Part shown: piece after piece, positions 30,801 through 40,154 of the stretch
Layout of the letters: each line of letters starts with the position of its first letter
How positions within the stretch are numbered: the first letter of the stretch is position 1
Source: Thermodesulfobacteriota bacterium
Lineage (GTDB): Bacteria > Desulfobacterota_D > UBA1144 > Nemesobacterales > UBA2774
Direction of reading: 5' to 3'
NCBI GenBank assembly: GCA_965223335.1
Contig: OZ244991.1
Location: 1,760,001 to 1,824,000 of the forward strand
DNA: 64,000 nucleotides
Translations under genes and position numbers: made by a program
Notes under the pieces: generated by a model
The model's input: only the letters and a program-made list of their open reading frames with translations
Database searches by the model: none
Told to the model about the DNA's origin: nothing

Positions 30801-30955
30801 TCGCTTGGTAGTTGTTCTAGGCTTACATAATAGAGCAAATCGATTTGGGAAATCTCAAACAAGGCATCCAATAACAGATCCATACGCTTATTAACGCCGT
30901 GTGATTTTTCCGCGAAATCGCCCGGGAGGTACTAAGAGACAAACAAGATCCTCAT
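30801..30955 (-). pseudogene. duplicated, truncated 5' end of the GT4 gene at 27735-28967
   Basis: 155-nt direct repeat of 28813-28967 with 15 mismatches by hand count; reads MRILFVS*YLPGDFAEKSHG (AAG to TAG). Confidence 0.9.
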
Positions 30956-32628
30956 AGTTGAGTTAAGAGCCTAATATCTTTACCGTAAAGGAGCGATAAT
31001 TCTATTTCCCAAAGATTTACATACAAGTTCTTATTGATTTTCTTGGGTTTTATTTTGTTGTTCTCACCCTTGATTATACTTTCAATATCCGAGATGGCAC
31101 TGTTTACCCATGTGTACAGACGCATGTGTTGTACCATTGATTTATCGATTAAAAGTTCTGAAGTGTATTGATTAATTGATTCGGTATAGATTTTGTGGAT
31201 TACTGATGAACCATCGACCATATCTTTGTATATCTTTGTGAATTGTTTTGATTCCCATGCGTGTGTGGCATAAAAACAATAGAAAGTTATAAAATATATA
31301 AGATCAGCTAATGGCAAACCGTGGCGCTCTGCTGTTTCCCAGTCAAAAATCCGTACCTCATTATTCTTTGTAATTAACATATTGCGCGGGTTTAGGTCTC
31401 TATGTTCACAGACTAAATGAGATACTTCTATACGGTCCAGGTAATATAATGACAGATCTAGGAACTTTGAATTTACAACTGACTCTAGCATCTTACGTGT
31501 TGAATTGATCCGGGAGTGTATCAGTTGTTTCTTCCAGTCACCTTCGGGTTCATGCTTGGTGCAGTCAGCTAGTGAGACCAACAGACTAGTAACGCTTGAG
31601 ACGATCTGTTTGTCTTTCTTGGGCGTGCGGGCCAGAGGGATGATTGTGCCGGAAAGATATGTTTGAGCTGTAAAAAAATTTATTTCGTTTCTAGGACTGT
31701 AAAGCATTTTCGGAATAGAACCTTCCAAGGGGATATATCTATTTAGTTCGTTGATTATCTCTAATTCATTCTTAAGGGGTAATATGGATTGTTGAGCCCT
31801 CGGAATTTTTAACATCAATAAGGGGTCTTGGCGATCATAACTGAAAATTGCGAGAATTACTTTACTCCCAAGGAAGCGACCCACAGTGATCATTAGCTTA
31901 GAAAGCTCTTTTTCCTGGTAATTGAGCTGTAATTGTTTAAGGATGTGTCTAATTGTGTTAGAGATGATATTATTCAAGCTAGTTCCATCAACAATCTCTG
32001 TGTGTGAGTTCATATTGTTTCGACTAGTCTTTTTAGCGATGGCTATCACTGTAATATTTGAGCGTGATGGGAACATTAAAATAGGGTGTTTCATAATTAA
32101 GCTTGGAAAGAACTTCCAAGTTAATTTTTTCACCTGTGCCGATATTTTTCGTGATTTAGACAGTAGTGAATTTTGTTGCAGAAGTGTTAATGTGAAATTA
32201 ATTGCCTGTTTAGAAGATAAAGGGATCCATAGCTGAGTTGCGGATTCTGAAGGTGGGGGGATCGGCAAATAAAAGTCGATGTGGTTAAATCCACTACTCT
32301 TAAGATTACTTGAGTATTTTTGATAGCTGCTTAGACGGTTTAAGCTAAATTCCGCGTATAAAATCCCGTCCTCTGACAATGAATCATATGCTTGTGTTAT
32401 GGTGCTTTGGTCGGGGTCTATAGCAACTGCTAACTCATATTTCCCCGTATCAGAATTAGTACTATTATCGATAGAAAAATCTGATATTAGTTCTAGACTC
32501 TCGTGGATCGAACCATTTGAGAAGCATTTTATATTTTTAAACGAAGGTGCTCCCACCAGGAAACGCCAATCCACTCTTCTAAGCAGCTTGTTTAACAGAT
32601 CACTAGTGATTTGATTTTTCATATACAT
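30952..32628 (-). CDS. APH-like phosphotransferase (paralog 2)
   Basis: LLRRVDWRFL, MLKIPR, HRDLNPRNML, IFDWE, GLPLADL; colinear with paralog 1. Confidence 0.75.
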   Translation of the reverse strand: MYMKNQITSDLLNKLLRRVDWRFLVGAPSFKNIKCFSNGSIHESLELISDFSIDNSTNSDTGKYELAVAIDPDQSTITQAYDSLSEDGILYAEFSLNRLSSYQKYSSNLKSSGFNHIDFYLPIPPPSESATQLWIPLSSKQAINFTLTLLQQNSLLSKSRKISAQVKKLTWKFFPSLIMKHPILMFPSRSNITVIAIAKKTSRNNMNSHTEIVDGTSLNNIISNTIRHILKQLQLNYQEKELSKLMITVGRFLGSKVILAIFSYDRQDPLLMLKIPRAQQSILPLKNELEIINELNRYIPLEGSIPKMLYSPRNEINFFTAQTYLSGTIIPLARTPKKDKQIVSSVTSLLVSLADCTKHEPEGDWKKQLIHSRINSTRKMLESVVNSKFLDLSLYYLDRIEVSHLVCEHRDLNPRNMLITKNNEVRIFDWETAERHGLPLADLIYFITFYCFYATHAWESKQFTKIYKDMVDGSSVIHKIYTESINQYTSELLIDKSMVQHMRLYTWVNSAISDIESIIKGENNKIKPKKINKNLYVNLWEIELSLLYGKDIRLLTQL

Positions 32629-32686
32629 CTTTTTTGATCACAAACCATTATAGTGTTAGTAGTGTCGAGTAGCAGTTCTACGTGAA

Positions 32687-33811
32687 TTAATGTTGCAATT
32701 TTAACCTTTTGCGTATTACAGAACGAACATGATTTGGGAGTCGTCGAAAGATTGGTTTAGTGATAAATTGAAGTTTTATGAGCAAACTATTTATCAATAT
32801 ATAATAAAACGATTTATTTGTTAAGTTCATGGGGGTAACGCTTACAAAAGACAATAAAGTTTTAATCGTATCTATACATGCACCATTCTCAGAGTAGGCA
32901 AGTGCTATTTTCATACTCGTTTCCTTGATAATTTCATTTTCTTCCTGTTTTGTTAATTGGTATCTGTGAGAAAACACGTTACATAATAATTTTAGCTCAT
33001 TAACTGAATCATCGAAATCTGCTTTTGAAACTCCTATACCTCGTTCGTACAGAATTAAATATGTATTGTCTGCGAGTTTCGTATATTTATCAGGATCCTC
33101 AGATAGGTCCCAACCAAGAATACGACCTATGTTCTCAGTTCTAATGCGAGTATTACAATTCTCGGTCTCATCAATATTACGCTTAGAGATTGATTTGTCG
33201 TGGACTCTGTAAGTAATGAGATGCTTTGGAATATTGTGAATCTTAATTTTCGTAGCCAAACGTGACAATAGATCCCAGTCCGCTCCAATTTTTAGCGAAG
33301 GGTCATAGAGATCGAATCTCCCTACTACAGCGTCTTTCTTAAACATCACTGAGCTGTGACAAAATGGGTTGTAAAACAGTATGTGCCAACGTAGATTGTG
33401 GCATTCAACAGGATGGTTGAGTCTATGCAAGGTATTATCCTTTGAATCTGTAACCGTTACCCATGAACCAACAAGTGATATATCAGGATTTTGCTCTAGG
33501 TACTGAATTTGGGTTTTGAGTCTATCGGGATGTGCTACATCATCTGAGTCCTGACGCGCGATGTACTTTCCTCTTGCCAACGATATAGCTTTGTTGCCGG
33601 TTAGCCTTTCCCCAATGTTTTCTTTATTTTTATAAAGTTTAATGCGGGAATCGTTGTAGGCTTGTGCTATTTTATATGTTTTATCGGTGGAACCGTCATC
33701 AATTATTATAAGTTCAAAATCTTTAAATGTTTGGTTTAAAACACTCTCCACCGACGACTGTATATACTGTTCGGTGTTGAACGCGGGCATGATAACAGAC
33801 ACGGTGCACAT
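32687..33811 (-). CDS. GT2 glycosyltransferase
   Basis: VSVIMPAFN, IIIDDGSTD, ARQDSDD, HSSVMF. Confidence 0.92.
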   Translation of the reverse strand: MCTVSVIMPAFNTEQYIQSSVESVLNQTFKDFELIIIDDGSTDKTYKIAQAYNDSRIKLYKNKENIGERLTGNKAISLARGKYIARQDSDDVAHPDRLKTQIQYLEQNPDISLVGSWVTVTDSKDNTLHRLNHPVECHNLRWHILFYNPFCHSSVMFKKDAVVGRFDLYDPSLKIGADWDLLSRLATKIKIHNIPKHLITYRVHDKSISKRNIDETENCNTRIRTENIGRILGWDLSEDPDKYTKLADNTYLILYERGIGVSKADFDDSVNELKLLCNVFSHRYQLTKQEENEIIKETSMKIALAYSENGACIDTIKTLLSFVSVTPMNLTNKSFYYILINSLLIKLQFITKPIFRRLPNHVRSVIRKRLKLQH

Positions 33812-33930
33812 AATCAGCTCCTAGTAGAACCCCTATTATATTACCTCTTAATTATACCTCTCCTAATGTTAATTTGGAAATTATACAGTATCTTAAATAA
33901 GTTAGGAATAGTTAAATGTATCAATTGCAA

Positions 33931-35093
33931 TTATTTAGGGATTGTTAAATCTTTATTTGTGAACTTAAAGCAAATAACTTTAACTGTTTCAGAGATAAAA
34001 ATTTTCCAGAGATTATAGAATCTGAACACCTCGAGGTTGCCTAATTCTGGTTTAGATGCGTGATCTTCGATAAATCTATCGAATTCAGATAAAGAATGAC
34101 TTATAATTGTAATTATATGTATTGGTTGGAAATTACTGGTTTCTATGCCGAGCTCTTTACAATAATGATCTTTACACTCCGCAAACACACGGCCCGTTAA
34201 GATGTTTGTATCTATCAAAGCCCTATGGCTCACTAAGGGAGCCATCTGTTGTTGGGGTCTTCAATATTCTTAGCCATATATATGTGTAGGTAAATTAGGT
34301 CAGACAGCGGCAGACCTTTTATCCTTGATGATTATCTTATTTAATACGCTGTGTCCGCCTGTCATCATTAGATAATATTTGTTATATGTTGGGCCTATTC
34401 CTGAACGTTCAACAATACTGTGAAGGTCTGTGGAGTTAATATTAATATCTCTTTCGGTTGGTGTATCTGTCGACATAGCTTAAGGTTTGCGGGCGGTAAA
34501 CACTATTGTGGACTCTTGGAGTGTAGAACCTAATAACCATGGGAATGTTAGAAAGAGCGAAGGAGATAGACTCCACAAAGTTTGTCTAAGCACTCTTGCG
34601 ATCTCTTTTGGCCCCAGTTTGTGATGATCGGGTCTATTAGCATTTATAATGTGATAAATAGGTCCTGCGGAATCTGTTGATACCCATATACCAGTCTCGG
34701 CGTTACGGGGTTGGGGTTTTGGGTAGTAAAATCTGACGTTTTCCAAGCCTGATTTTTTCAAAATACTTTTTAAGCTGCGATGGTAGGTAAGTATGGGGCA
34801 TGGCCACTCAACATATATTTCACCACAGGGTGCCAAATAGTTGTAGGCTTTATTGATCAACTCTTCGTTTGGGTTCTGAGCTACGATTAAATTGAAGCAA
34901 TTAGGTTTTGATTCGTCTATTTCTGTTGCAACTTCGCACGAGATGTTCTCTACGGCTTGGGTTAGTAGGTTGTCGGCAATACATAAACTTTTATATGGAA
35001 AAGGATCGGTTAAGAGATAGCGCCAGTCCGCTCTCCGCAACACCTTGTTGGATAAGTCCGTGAGTTATCTAACGATTTAGTTAGAGATTCTAT
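33931..35093 (-). pseudogene. decayed third phosphotransferase paralog
   Basis: LRRADWRYL N-half ends at an in-frame TAA (34480); LMMTGGHSVLNKIII abuts KGLPLSDLIY in another frame, so the catalytic core is missing; C-terminal piece in 33931-34245. Confidence 0.8.
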
Positions 35094-35105
35094 CTAATAC
35101 CTCCC

Positions 35106-36221
35106 CTACCTCAATAAATCATTATATATATTGGTTACCTTGGCAACCATTGCATCGGCCGAGAATTGGGAATCTGCTTTTTCCTTGCCAGCCTCTGCTA
35201 TCGTTTCGGCTTCATTGTATTTACTTATTAATTTATTCAAAATTGTCGAAATTGCAAGGGAGTCCTCGGGGGGTACTAGATAACCATCTACACCGTCTGT
35301 TACCATTTCCGAGGTGCCGGGAATGTCAGTTGCTACCACAGGTTTGCAGGCTAACATCGCTTCCATTATCGATAACGGGTACCCCTCATATAGAGAAGGA
35401 AGAACAAATATATCGCAGATATCGAGGAGCTTGTGAATGTCGTCCCTATGCCCTAAAAACACTACACGGTCTTCTATCTCTAGATCTGATACTTGTTTCT
35501 CGAGCACTTCCCGGTTAGGGCCTTCTCCCGCAAAAAGGAATATGGCCTTGTCTACATTAGCTGCGGCATCCAATAGATACTTATGTCCTTTAGCATCATC
35601 TAGTCTCGCAACCGTAAGCAGTATTTTAGAGTTTTTATGTGTTGCATACTTATTACCCATGATCTCTTTCTTATAACTATCTCTATCGTATGCTTTGATA
35701 GGTTTAAGTTCTATGCCGTTATGTACGACAGTGACTCTATCTTTGTAGACCAGATGTTTTGTTAATCCCTCTGCAAGGTCTGATGACACGGCTATGTACC
35801 TATGAACCAATAGAGAGATCATTTTTTGTAGGACATTATAGCGACGTGAATTCATGTCTTTGTACAGGTGCTGTGTGGCTATAACCACCGGCACACGGGC
35901 GAGTCTGGCCGATAAGATGCCGAATGAACACGATAGTGGCCAGTTTAGGTTAGCGTGGAATATATCGGGGTTAATTTTTCTCAATATGCGTCTGTAGTTG
36001 GACAAATTTTTCGTGTCTGTGATGTCTCTGATTCTGCTTATATCCACAGTCTCAATGTTCATTTCACTTGTTTGTTCCAATAGGGGGGATATTCCCGGGC
36101 TATTATGACAGGCAAGTATCGGATGCCATTCGTTGCGGTCGAGCCCACACATTAAAGTGAGCATCACCTTCTCGGCACCGCCGTATCCTTTGGCGTCTGT
36201 ATAATAGATAATTTTTTTAAT
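35106..36221 (-). CDS. GT4 glycosyltransferase; homologous N-terminus begins at ATT (36221 or 36227)
   Basis: IKKIIYYTDAKGYGGAEKV lies in frame upstream of GTG 36167; VARLD..KGH, PSLYEGYPLSIMEAM. Confidence 0.85.
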   Translation of the reverse strand: MKKIIYYTDAKGYGGAEKVMLTLMCGLDRNEWHPILACHNSPGISPLLEQTSEMNIETVDISRIRDITDTKNLSNYRRILRKINPDIFHANLNWPLSCSFGILSARLARVPVVIATQHLYKDMNSRRYNVLQKMISLLVHRYIAVSSDLAEGLTKHLVYKDRVTVVHNGIELKPIKAYDRDSYKKEIMGNKYATHKNSKILLTVARLDDAKGHKYLLDAAANVDKAIFLFAGEGPNREVLEKQVSDLEIEDRVVFLGHRDDIHKLLDICDIFVLPSLYEGYPLSIMEAMLACKPVVATDIPGTSEMVTDGVDGYLVPPEDSLAISTILNKLISKYNEAETIAEAGKEKADSQFSADAMVAKVTNIYNDLLR

Positions 36222-36478
36222 GTTAATTATTTCCTCTTAGAGCTTTGTATTCTTGAGATTAAAGATGATTAGTTATCATTGTCACTGTTAAGTTTGTACC
36301 ATGCATCGTAGCAATAAAAAAAGTGTTATTTCCTTAAATGTATATTGAGTCAAAGAATAAGGTTTTGTGTTTTACCAACAGTCTTAAGATGACATTATCA
36401 GACTTAAAAGCAGTTCATTATACATAACATGTAACCGAGTGCTTATAAATGTTGTTCGTACACGCGAGTATTCTGAAT

Positions 36479-37744
36479 TCAATCGAGATACCATTTATGC
36501 TTGAGAAGGTAAAGGGCCTGGTTCCTATTGGGAACTTTGCCCGTGTCATAGATGTTTTCAGTTTCCACGTCGAAGTAACTGGCGTGTCGGATTTTGTCTG
36601 TTGTAACTGCCCCTCTTTTTATTGTAATATCCAATATGCAACGCCCCGGTGTCAAGTACGTGCTATCAGTTGTACAAACTACCTTACCCTCGGAGGGCAG
36701 TGATTCGGGTAACGTGTGTGTCATATCGCTGTCTAATGTAATAATAGCAGCACCTGTTTTAAAATCTCTAACCGTTATAGTGAAATTACAATAACGGACC
36801 GGTTTATCACTTTTGTATCCTATAGTTAATTTTAACTTACTACTGCACCTTATGGGAGTGTTTTCTTGTGCATTCTCAACCTTAACAGAGTTAACTAATA
36901 CACTCCAGTCCCCTTCACGATCCGTACGTTGATCGAGTGGAATCTCCATGGTTTCGCTCATGGTTTGGAGATACTGCTGGACGACTTCGTCAGATTTTCC
37001 GTCTGCTATCACATTTCCATCCTCTATGAGCATGGTCCTACCGCACAGGGATAGGATGGAGGCCATATCGTGGCTGACGAATAAAACAGTCCGTCCCTCT
37101 GTGGTTGCTACATTGTTTAGTTTGCCCAGGCATTTTTTCTGAAATGATGCGTCGCCTACTGCTAGTACCTCGTCAATAAGCAGTATTTCGGGTTCCAAGT
37201 GCGCGGCTACCGAAAACCCCAGTCGAACGCGCATCCCGCTCGAATAGAACTTAACAGGTGTATCCAAAAACTCCCCGACCTCAGAAAAATCTATAATTTC
37301 GTCAAACTTACGGTCAATCTCGTGCCTTTTCATCCCTAGAATAGCACCGTTTAAATATATGTTTTCCCTTCCTGTAAGCTCCTCATGAAAACCCGTGCCA
37401 ACCTCAAGGAGTGACCCTATCCGTCCGTAAATGCTCACGTTACCCTCCGTGGGGTCTGTGATGCCGGTGATAATCTTAAGCAATGTACTCTTGCCTGCAC
37501 CGTTTCTGCCGATAATGCCTAGTATCTCGCCGTGAGCAACATCGAACGACACATCCTTAAGTGACCATATGTGATTGTATGCACCGTTTTGCGGTGACGC
37601 GGACCTGCTAAATACTCTCTTTAGTTTACTCAGATTATGTGTGACCGCATTAGTGAGCGACTCGCGCAGTGTTTTGTAGTTTTGAACCCTACCTATACGG
37701 TAGCGTTTGCTCAAGCTGTTTACATTGATAGCAACGTTGCTCAT
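36479..37744 (-). CDS. wzt: polysaccharide ABC transporter ATPase with C-terminal Wzt_C-like domain
   Basis: GRNGAGKST, YSSGMRVRLGF, IDEVLAVGDA.FQKKC; ~160-aa beta-rich C-terminal extension. Confidence 0.9.
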   Translation of the reverse strand: MSNVAINVNSLSKRYRIGRVQNYKTLRESLTNAVTHNLSKLKRVFSRSASPQNGAYNHIWSLKDVSFDVAHGEILGIIGRNGAGKSTLLKIITGITDPTEGNVSIYGRIGSLLEVGTGFHEELTGRENIYLNGAILGMKRHEIDRKFDEIIDFSEVGEFLDTPVKFYSSGMRVRLGFSVAAHLEPEILLIDEVLAVGDASFQKKCLGKLNNVATTEGRTVLFVSHDMASILSLCGRTMLIEDGNVIADGKSDEVVQQYLQTMSETMEIPLDQRTDREGDWSVLVNSVKVENAQENTPIRCSSKLKLTIGYKSDKPVRYCNFTITVRDFKTGAAIITLDSDMTHTLPESLPSEGKVVCTTDSTYLTPGRCILDITIKRGAVTTDKIRHASYFDVETENIYDTGKVPNRNQALYLLKHKWYLD

Positions 37745-38674
37745 CTATACGATGTCCGCGAAGGACCTCTCCATTCTTTTAAAGTAGAATAAACCTGTAA
37801 CTAATAATATTATAACCATAGAGATTGAAGCCAGTATTAAAACACTTGTGTCGGCTGATTTTCCCAAGAGCGCCCATCTAAATCCCTCAACGACTCCTGT
37901 CATAGGATTAAGTCCATATATTAGACGCCAATTATCCGGCACCAAGCTCTCAGAATAGGGGATAGGAGTTAGAAACAGCCATATCTGTGTTAAGAACGGG
38001 ATGGTATACCTCACATCCCTGTACTGTACGTTTAACGCCGATAACCACAGGCTTACAGCCAGTGAAGTCGCTACTGCAAACACTATAAATAGCGGCAGTG
38101 TCACTACTGCTGCCGTTGGGGTTATACCGTAATAGAGCATCATGGCGATGAGCACCAGAAAAGCTATACAAAAATCGACTAAACCGGCTAGGATCGATGA
38201 CGACGGGATAATTATCCTTGGGAAGTAAACTTTTGTGATGAGCCCGCGGTTGGCAACCAGACTGTTACCAGACTGAGTCATGGCGTTTGCAAACAGCTGC
38301 CAGGGTAATAGACCCGAGTACACAAATATGGGATATGGGATGCCGTCTGAGGGGAGTTTGGCTAGGCGCCCGAAAAATATTGTGAACACAATCATTGTCA
38401 TAAAGGGCTGTATTATTGCCCAAGCCACCCCAAGGGCAGTTTGTTTGTATCGCACCTTGAGGTCGCGCCACACCAAGAAATACAACAGTTCTCTGTACTC
38501 CCAGATCTCGTCGAGCCTAAGCGCAATGGATGTTTGGGGTTTCCTCACAGCAAAAGGCTTTCTTTTGTCCTGAATTTTCCTGGCTTTTGATTCCAATTCT
38601 ATATTGTCAGGATCAGAGGATGTTAAATTTCCGTCAATTTTTGTCTTTTCCATTTTGCTTTTAATGTCTAACAC
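37745..38674 (-). CDS. wzm: polysaccharide ABC transporter permease
   Basis: WRDLKVRYKQT.LG..WA, LITKVYFPR, YRDV, LNPM.GVVEGFR; start uncertain. Confidence 0.92.
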   Translation of the reverse strand: MLDIKSKMEKTKIDGNLTSSDPDNIELESKARKIQDKRKPFAVRKPQTSIALRLDEIWEYRELLYFLVWRDLKVRYKQTALGVAWAIIQPFMTMIVFTIFFGRLAKLPSDGIPYPIFVYSGLLPWQLFANAMTQSGNSLVANRGLITKVYFPRIIIPSSSILAGLVDFCIAFLVLIAMMLYYGITPTAAVVTLPLFIVFAVATSLAVSLWLSALNVQYRDVRYTIPFLTQIWLFLTPIPYSESLVPDNWRLIYGLNPMTGVVEGFRWALLGKSADTSVLILASISMVIILLVTGLFYFKRMERSFADIV

Positions 38675-39038
38675 CTATAGGTTCATTTTTCCAAGTTCTG
38701 ACTAAGTATAATACCTATAATCGTTGTTAGGAATACATATATACTAATTTGCTATCATTATTAAATTAAATTGACATTTGAGTTATTGTTCTACTCAAGC
38801 GACGGGGAATATTTGTTTCTACAAACGCACTTTATATCGCTTCATTTTGCATTATAATTATAATATACTTTAATTGGATGTTATGGGGATGGGTCATTTT
38901 ACTTTTATCTACAATAGCTTAAACCTAAATTCTTAGAAGAGTTACGTTTAAATTATTTGTAATTAGTTAATTTGATGATGTGCGATCCATTAATTACTTA
39001 AGTTGGTTAGGTCGGATTTGGTATAGGATGAGATCAAT

Positions 39039-40154
39039 ATGGTTGTAAAAAGTTACGATAACACACTAGATGAACTAGGATCTTCAGAAACTGTCTCCGG
39101 GTCTTATAAGAACCGGGTTCAAGAACCCTTGTTAAAAAGGCTTTTTGATATTGTATTGTCTACAGGCGGGCTCGTTGTGTCGTCGCCCCTGTGGTTGTTT
39201 GTTGCACTCGCAATTTATATCGAAGACGGCGGCCCTATATTTTTTACTCAAGACCGACTGGGTAGGTTTGGAAAGCTGTTTAAGGTAATAAAGTTTCGGT
39301 CAATGATTAAAGATGCCGAGAACCAGACCGGCCCTGTGTGGGCACATAAAAAAGACCACCGGGTGACCAAGGTGGGTAGGTTCCTTAGGCTTACGGCACT
39401 CGATGAACTCCCTCAATTAATAAACATACTAAAGGGTGATATGAGCTTTGTAGGTCCTAGGGCCGAGAGACCCGAATTAGTGAATGAGTTTAAGAAGACT
39501 ATAAAGGGTTTTGACAATAGATTACTTGTGAGACCGGGGCTGACCGGTATTGCTCAGGTCTATGGCAACTATAACACTCACCCCAGAAACAAGCTTCGTT
39601 ATGACATGCTATATATCAACAACATGTCGTTTTGGCTCGACCTCAAGTTAGTGCTGGCCTCGTTTTGGATAACTTTTAAGTTCAGTTGGGAGAGCAGAGA
39701 AAAGAGGATAGACAAACTGCTGGGTCAAGTGATCTTAGAGGCTGGAATTATCGATGCCGAGCAGTTGAGTGATGCACTATCGTACCAGAACAAATGGGGT
39801 GGCAAAATAGGAGAGATCTTGATCAACAAAGGTTATATCACAGAATCGAAATTAACACACTACCTCAACATGCAGGTATCGATGAACGCCAATGCGGTAT
39901 GGAACGGACACACCTCTAATTCGGAAACTGAGCACCTCCTGGGTGATATAATGCTTGCGACAGGGGTTGTTACTACGGATCAGCTGAGTGAAGCGCTCGA
40001 TATACAGAGCACGAGTCATGGGAAGCTCGGCCAGATCCTAAGGGACCTGGGTTATATTAGTGAAGCGCGTCTTATAGATTGTCTTAAGAAGCAGATTTCA
40101 ATGAGAAACCCTGATACCAATCACCTTGACGATACGAAGGATAGAGCTGTATAG
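39039..40154 (+). CDS. initiating phosphoglycosyl transferase (Bac_transf) fused to two tandem MshEN-like modules
   Basis: KRLFDI, KFRSM, D.RVTKVG.FLR, LDELPQL.NILKGDMSFVGPR, RPGLTG.AQV; aa 227-279 and 300-352 each fit the 24-5-24 xLG..(L/I)..G.I....L...L..Q pattern. Confidence 0.88.
   Translation: MVVKSYDNTLDELGSSETVSGSYKNRVQEPLLKRLFDIVLSTGGLVVSSPLWLFVALAIYIEDGGPIFFTQDRLGRFGKLFKVIKFRSMIKDAENQTGPVWAHKKDHRVTKVGRFLRLTALDELPQLINILKGDMSFVGPRAERPELVNEFKKTIKGFDNRLLVRPGLTGIAQVYGNYNTHPRNKLRYDMLYINNMSFWLDLKLVLASFWITFKFSWESREKRIDKLLGQVILEAGIIDAEQLSDALSYQNKWGGKIGEILINKGYITESKLTHYLNMQVSMNANAVWNGHTSNSETEHLLGDIMLATGVVTTDQLSEALDIQSTSHGKLGQILRDLGYISEARLIDCLKKQISMRNPDTNHLDDTKDRAV

Noticed and set aside
28971..32628. 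Aminoglycoside-resistance kinases
   Set aside because: Much longer than APH enzymes, with an extra N-domain, and embedded in a glycan operon; fold similarity only
38675..39038. ops/JUMPstart element or second sigma-54 promoter in the wzm divergent region
   Set aside because: Neither GGCGGTAG nor a TGGC-N7-TTGC type element was found by eye
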